Part shown: positions 19,851-20,000 of the stretch, one piece after another
Layout: every line of letters begins with the position of its first letter
Position numbering within the stretch: position 1 is the first letter of the stretch
Origin: Chiloscyllium plagiosum
Lineage: Eukaryota
DNA length: 20,000 nucleotides
NCBI RefSeq assembly: GCF_004010195.1
Contig: NC_057758.1
Coordinates: 5,818,434-5,838,433 of the forward strand
Direction: 5' to 3'
The notes under the pieces: generated by a model
Told to the model about the DNA's origin: nothing
The model's input: only the letters and a program-made list of their open reading frames with translations
The model's database searches: none
Translations under genes and position numbers: made by a program

Positions 19851-20000
19851 CTGGATTTGTGGTGCTGGAAGAGCACAGCACTTCTGGCAGCATCCGAGGA
19901 GCAGTAAGATCGACGTTTCGGCAAAAGCCCTTCATCAGGAATAAAGGCAGAGTGCCTGAAGGGTGGAGAGATAAGTGAGAAGGGGGTGGGGATGGGGAGA
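19851..20000 (-). mobile_element. Penelope-like element terminal repeat (runs off the window), relatively well preserved
   Basis: Minus strand ...CTCTGCCTTTATTCCTGATGAAGGGCTTTTGCCGAAACGTCGATCTTACTGCTCCTCGGATGCTGCCAGAAGTGCTGTGCTCTTCCAGCACCAC; same family as the 14761 and 17350 fragments. Confidence 0.82.
19910..19940 (-). ncRNA. Minimal type I hammerhead ribozyme motif
   Basis: UC-CUGAUGA-AG-GGC(UUUU)GCC-GAAA-C-GUC-GA: intact CUGAUGA (19938-19932), GAAA (19919-19916), palindromic ACGU in place of stem III, GUC triplet (19914-19912). Confidence 0.7.

Overview
Repeat-dense vertebrate genomic DNA; the repeat families point to a cartilaginous fish (shark-type HE1 SINEs, CR1/HER1 LINEs, Penelope-like ends). 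One host gene: the large second coding exon (19428->18512, minus strand) of a class A GPCR of the GPR139/GPR142-like type, with exon 1 probably beyond the right edge. The rest is mostly layered, decayed retroelements. These include a near full-length CR1 LINE (~10294-14573, minus) with a 104-bp tandem-monomer 5' end, Zn-finger/leucine-zipper/SGNH-esterase ORF1 and APE-RT ORF2; a second copy of the same family (1-3272, plus) split by a nested CR1; several older CR1 fragments; two HE1/V-SINEs; and three Penelope-like terminal fragments, each carrying a minimal hammerhead-ribozyme motif. A 500-N scaffold gap lies at 7397-7896. Most notable: the hammerhead motifs (one sense to, and probably intronic in, the GPCR), the LINE 5' monomers with YY1-like sites plus an antisense ATG and splice donor, and a perfect 15-bp hairpin in the GPCR intron. 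Family names come from recalled consensus motifs, not database searches.
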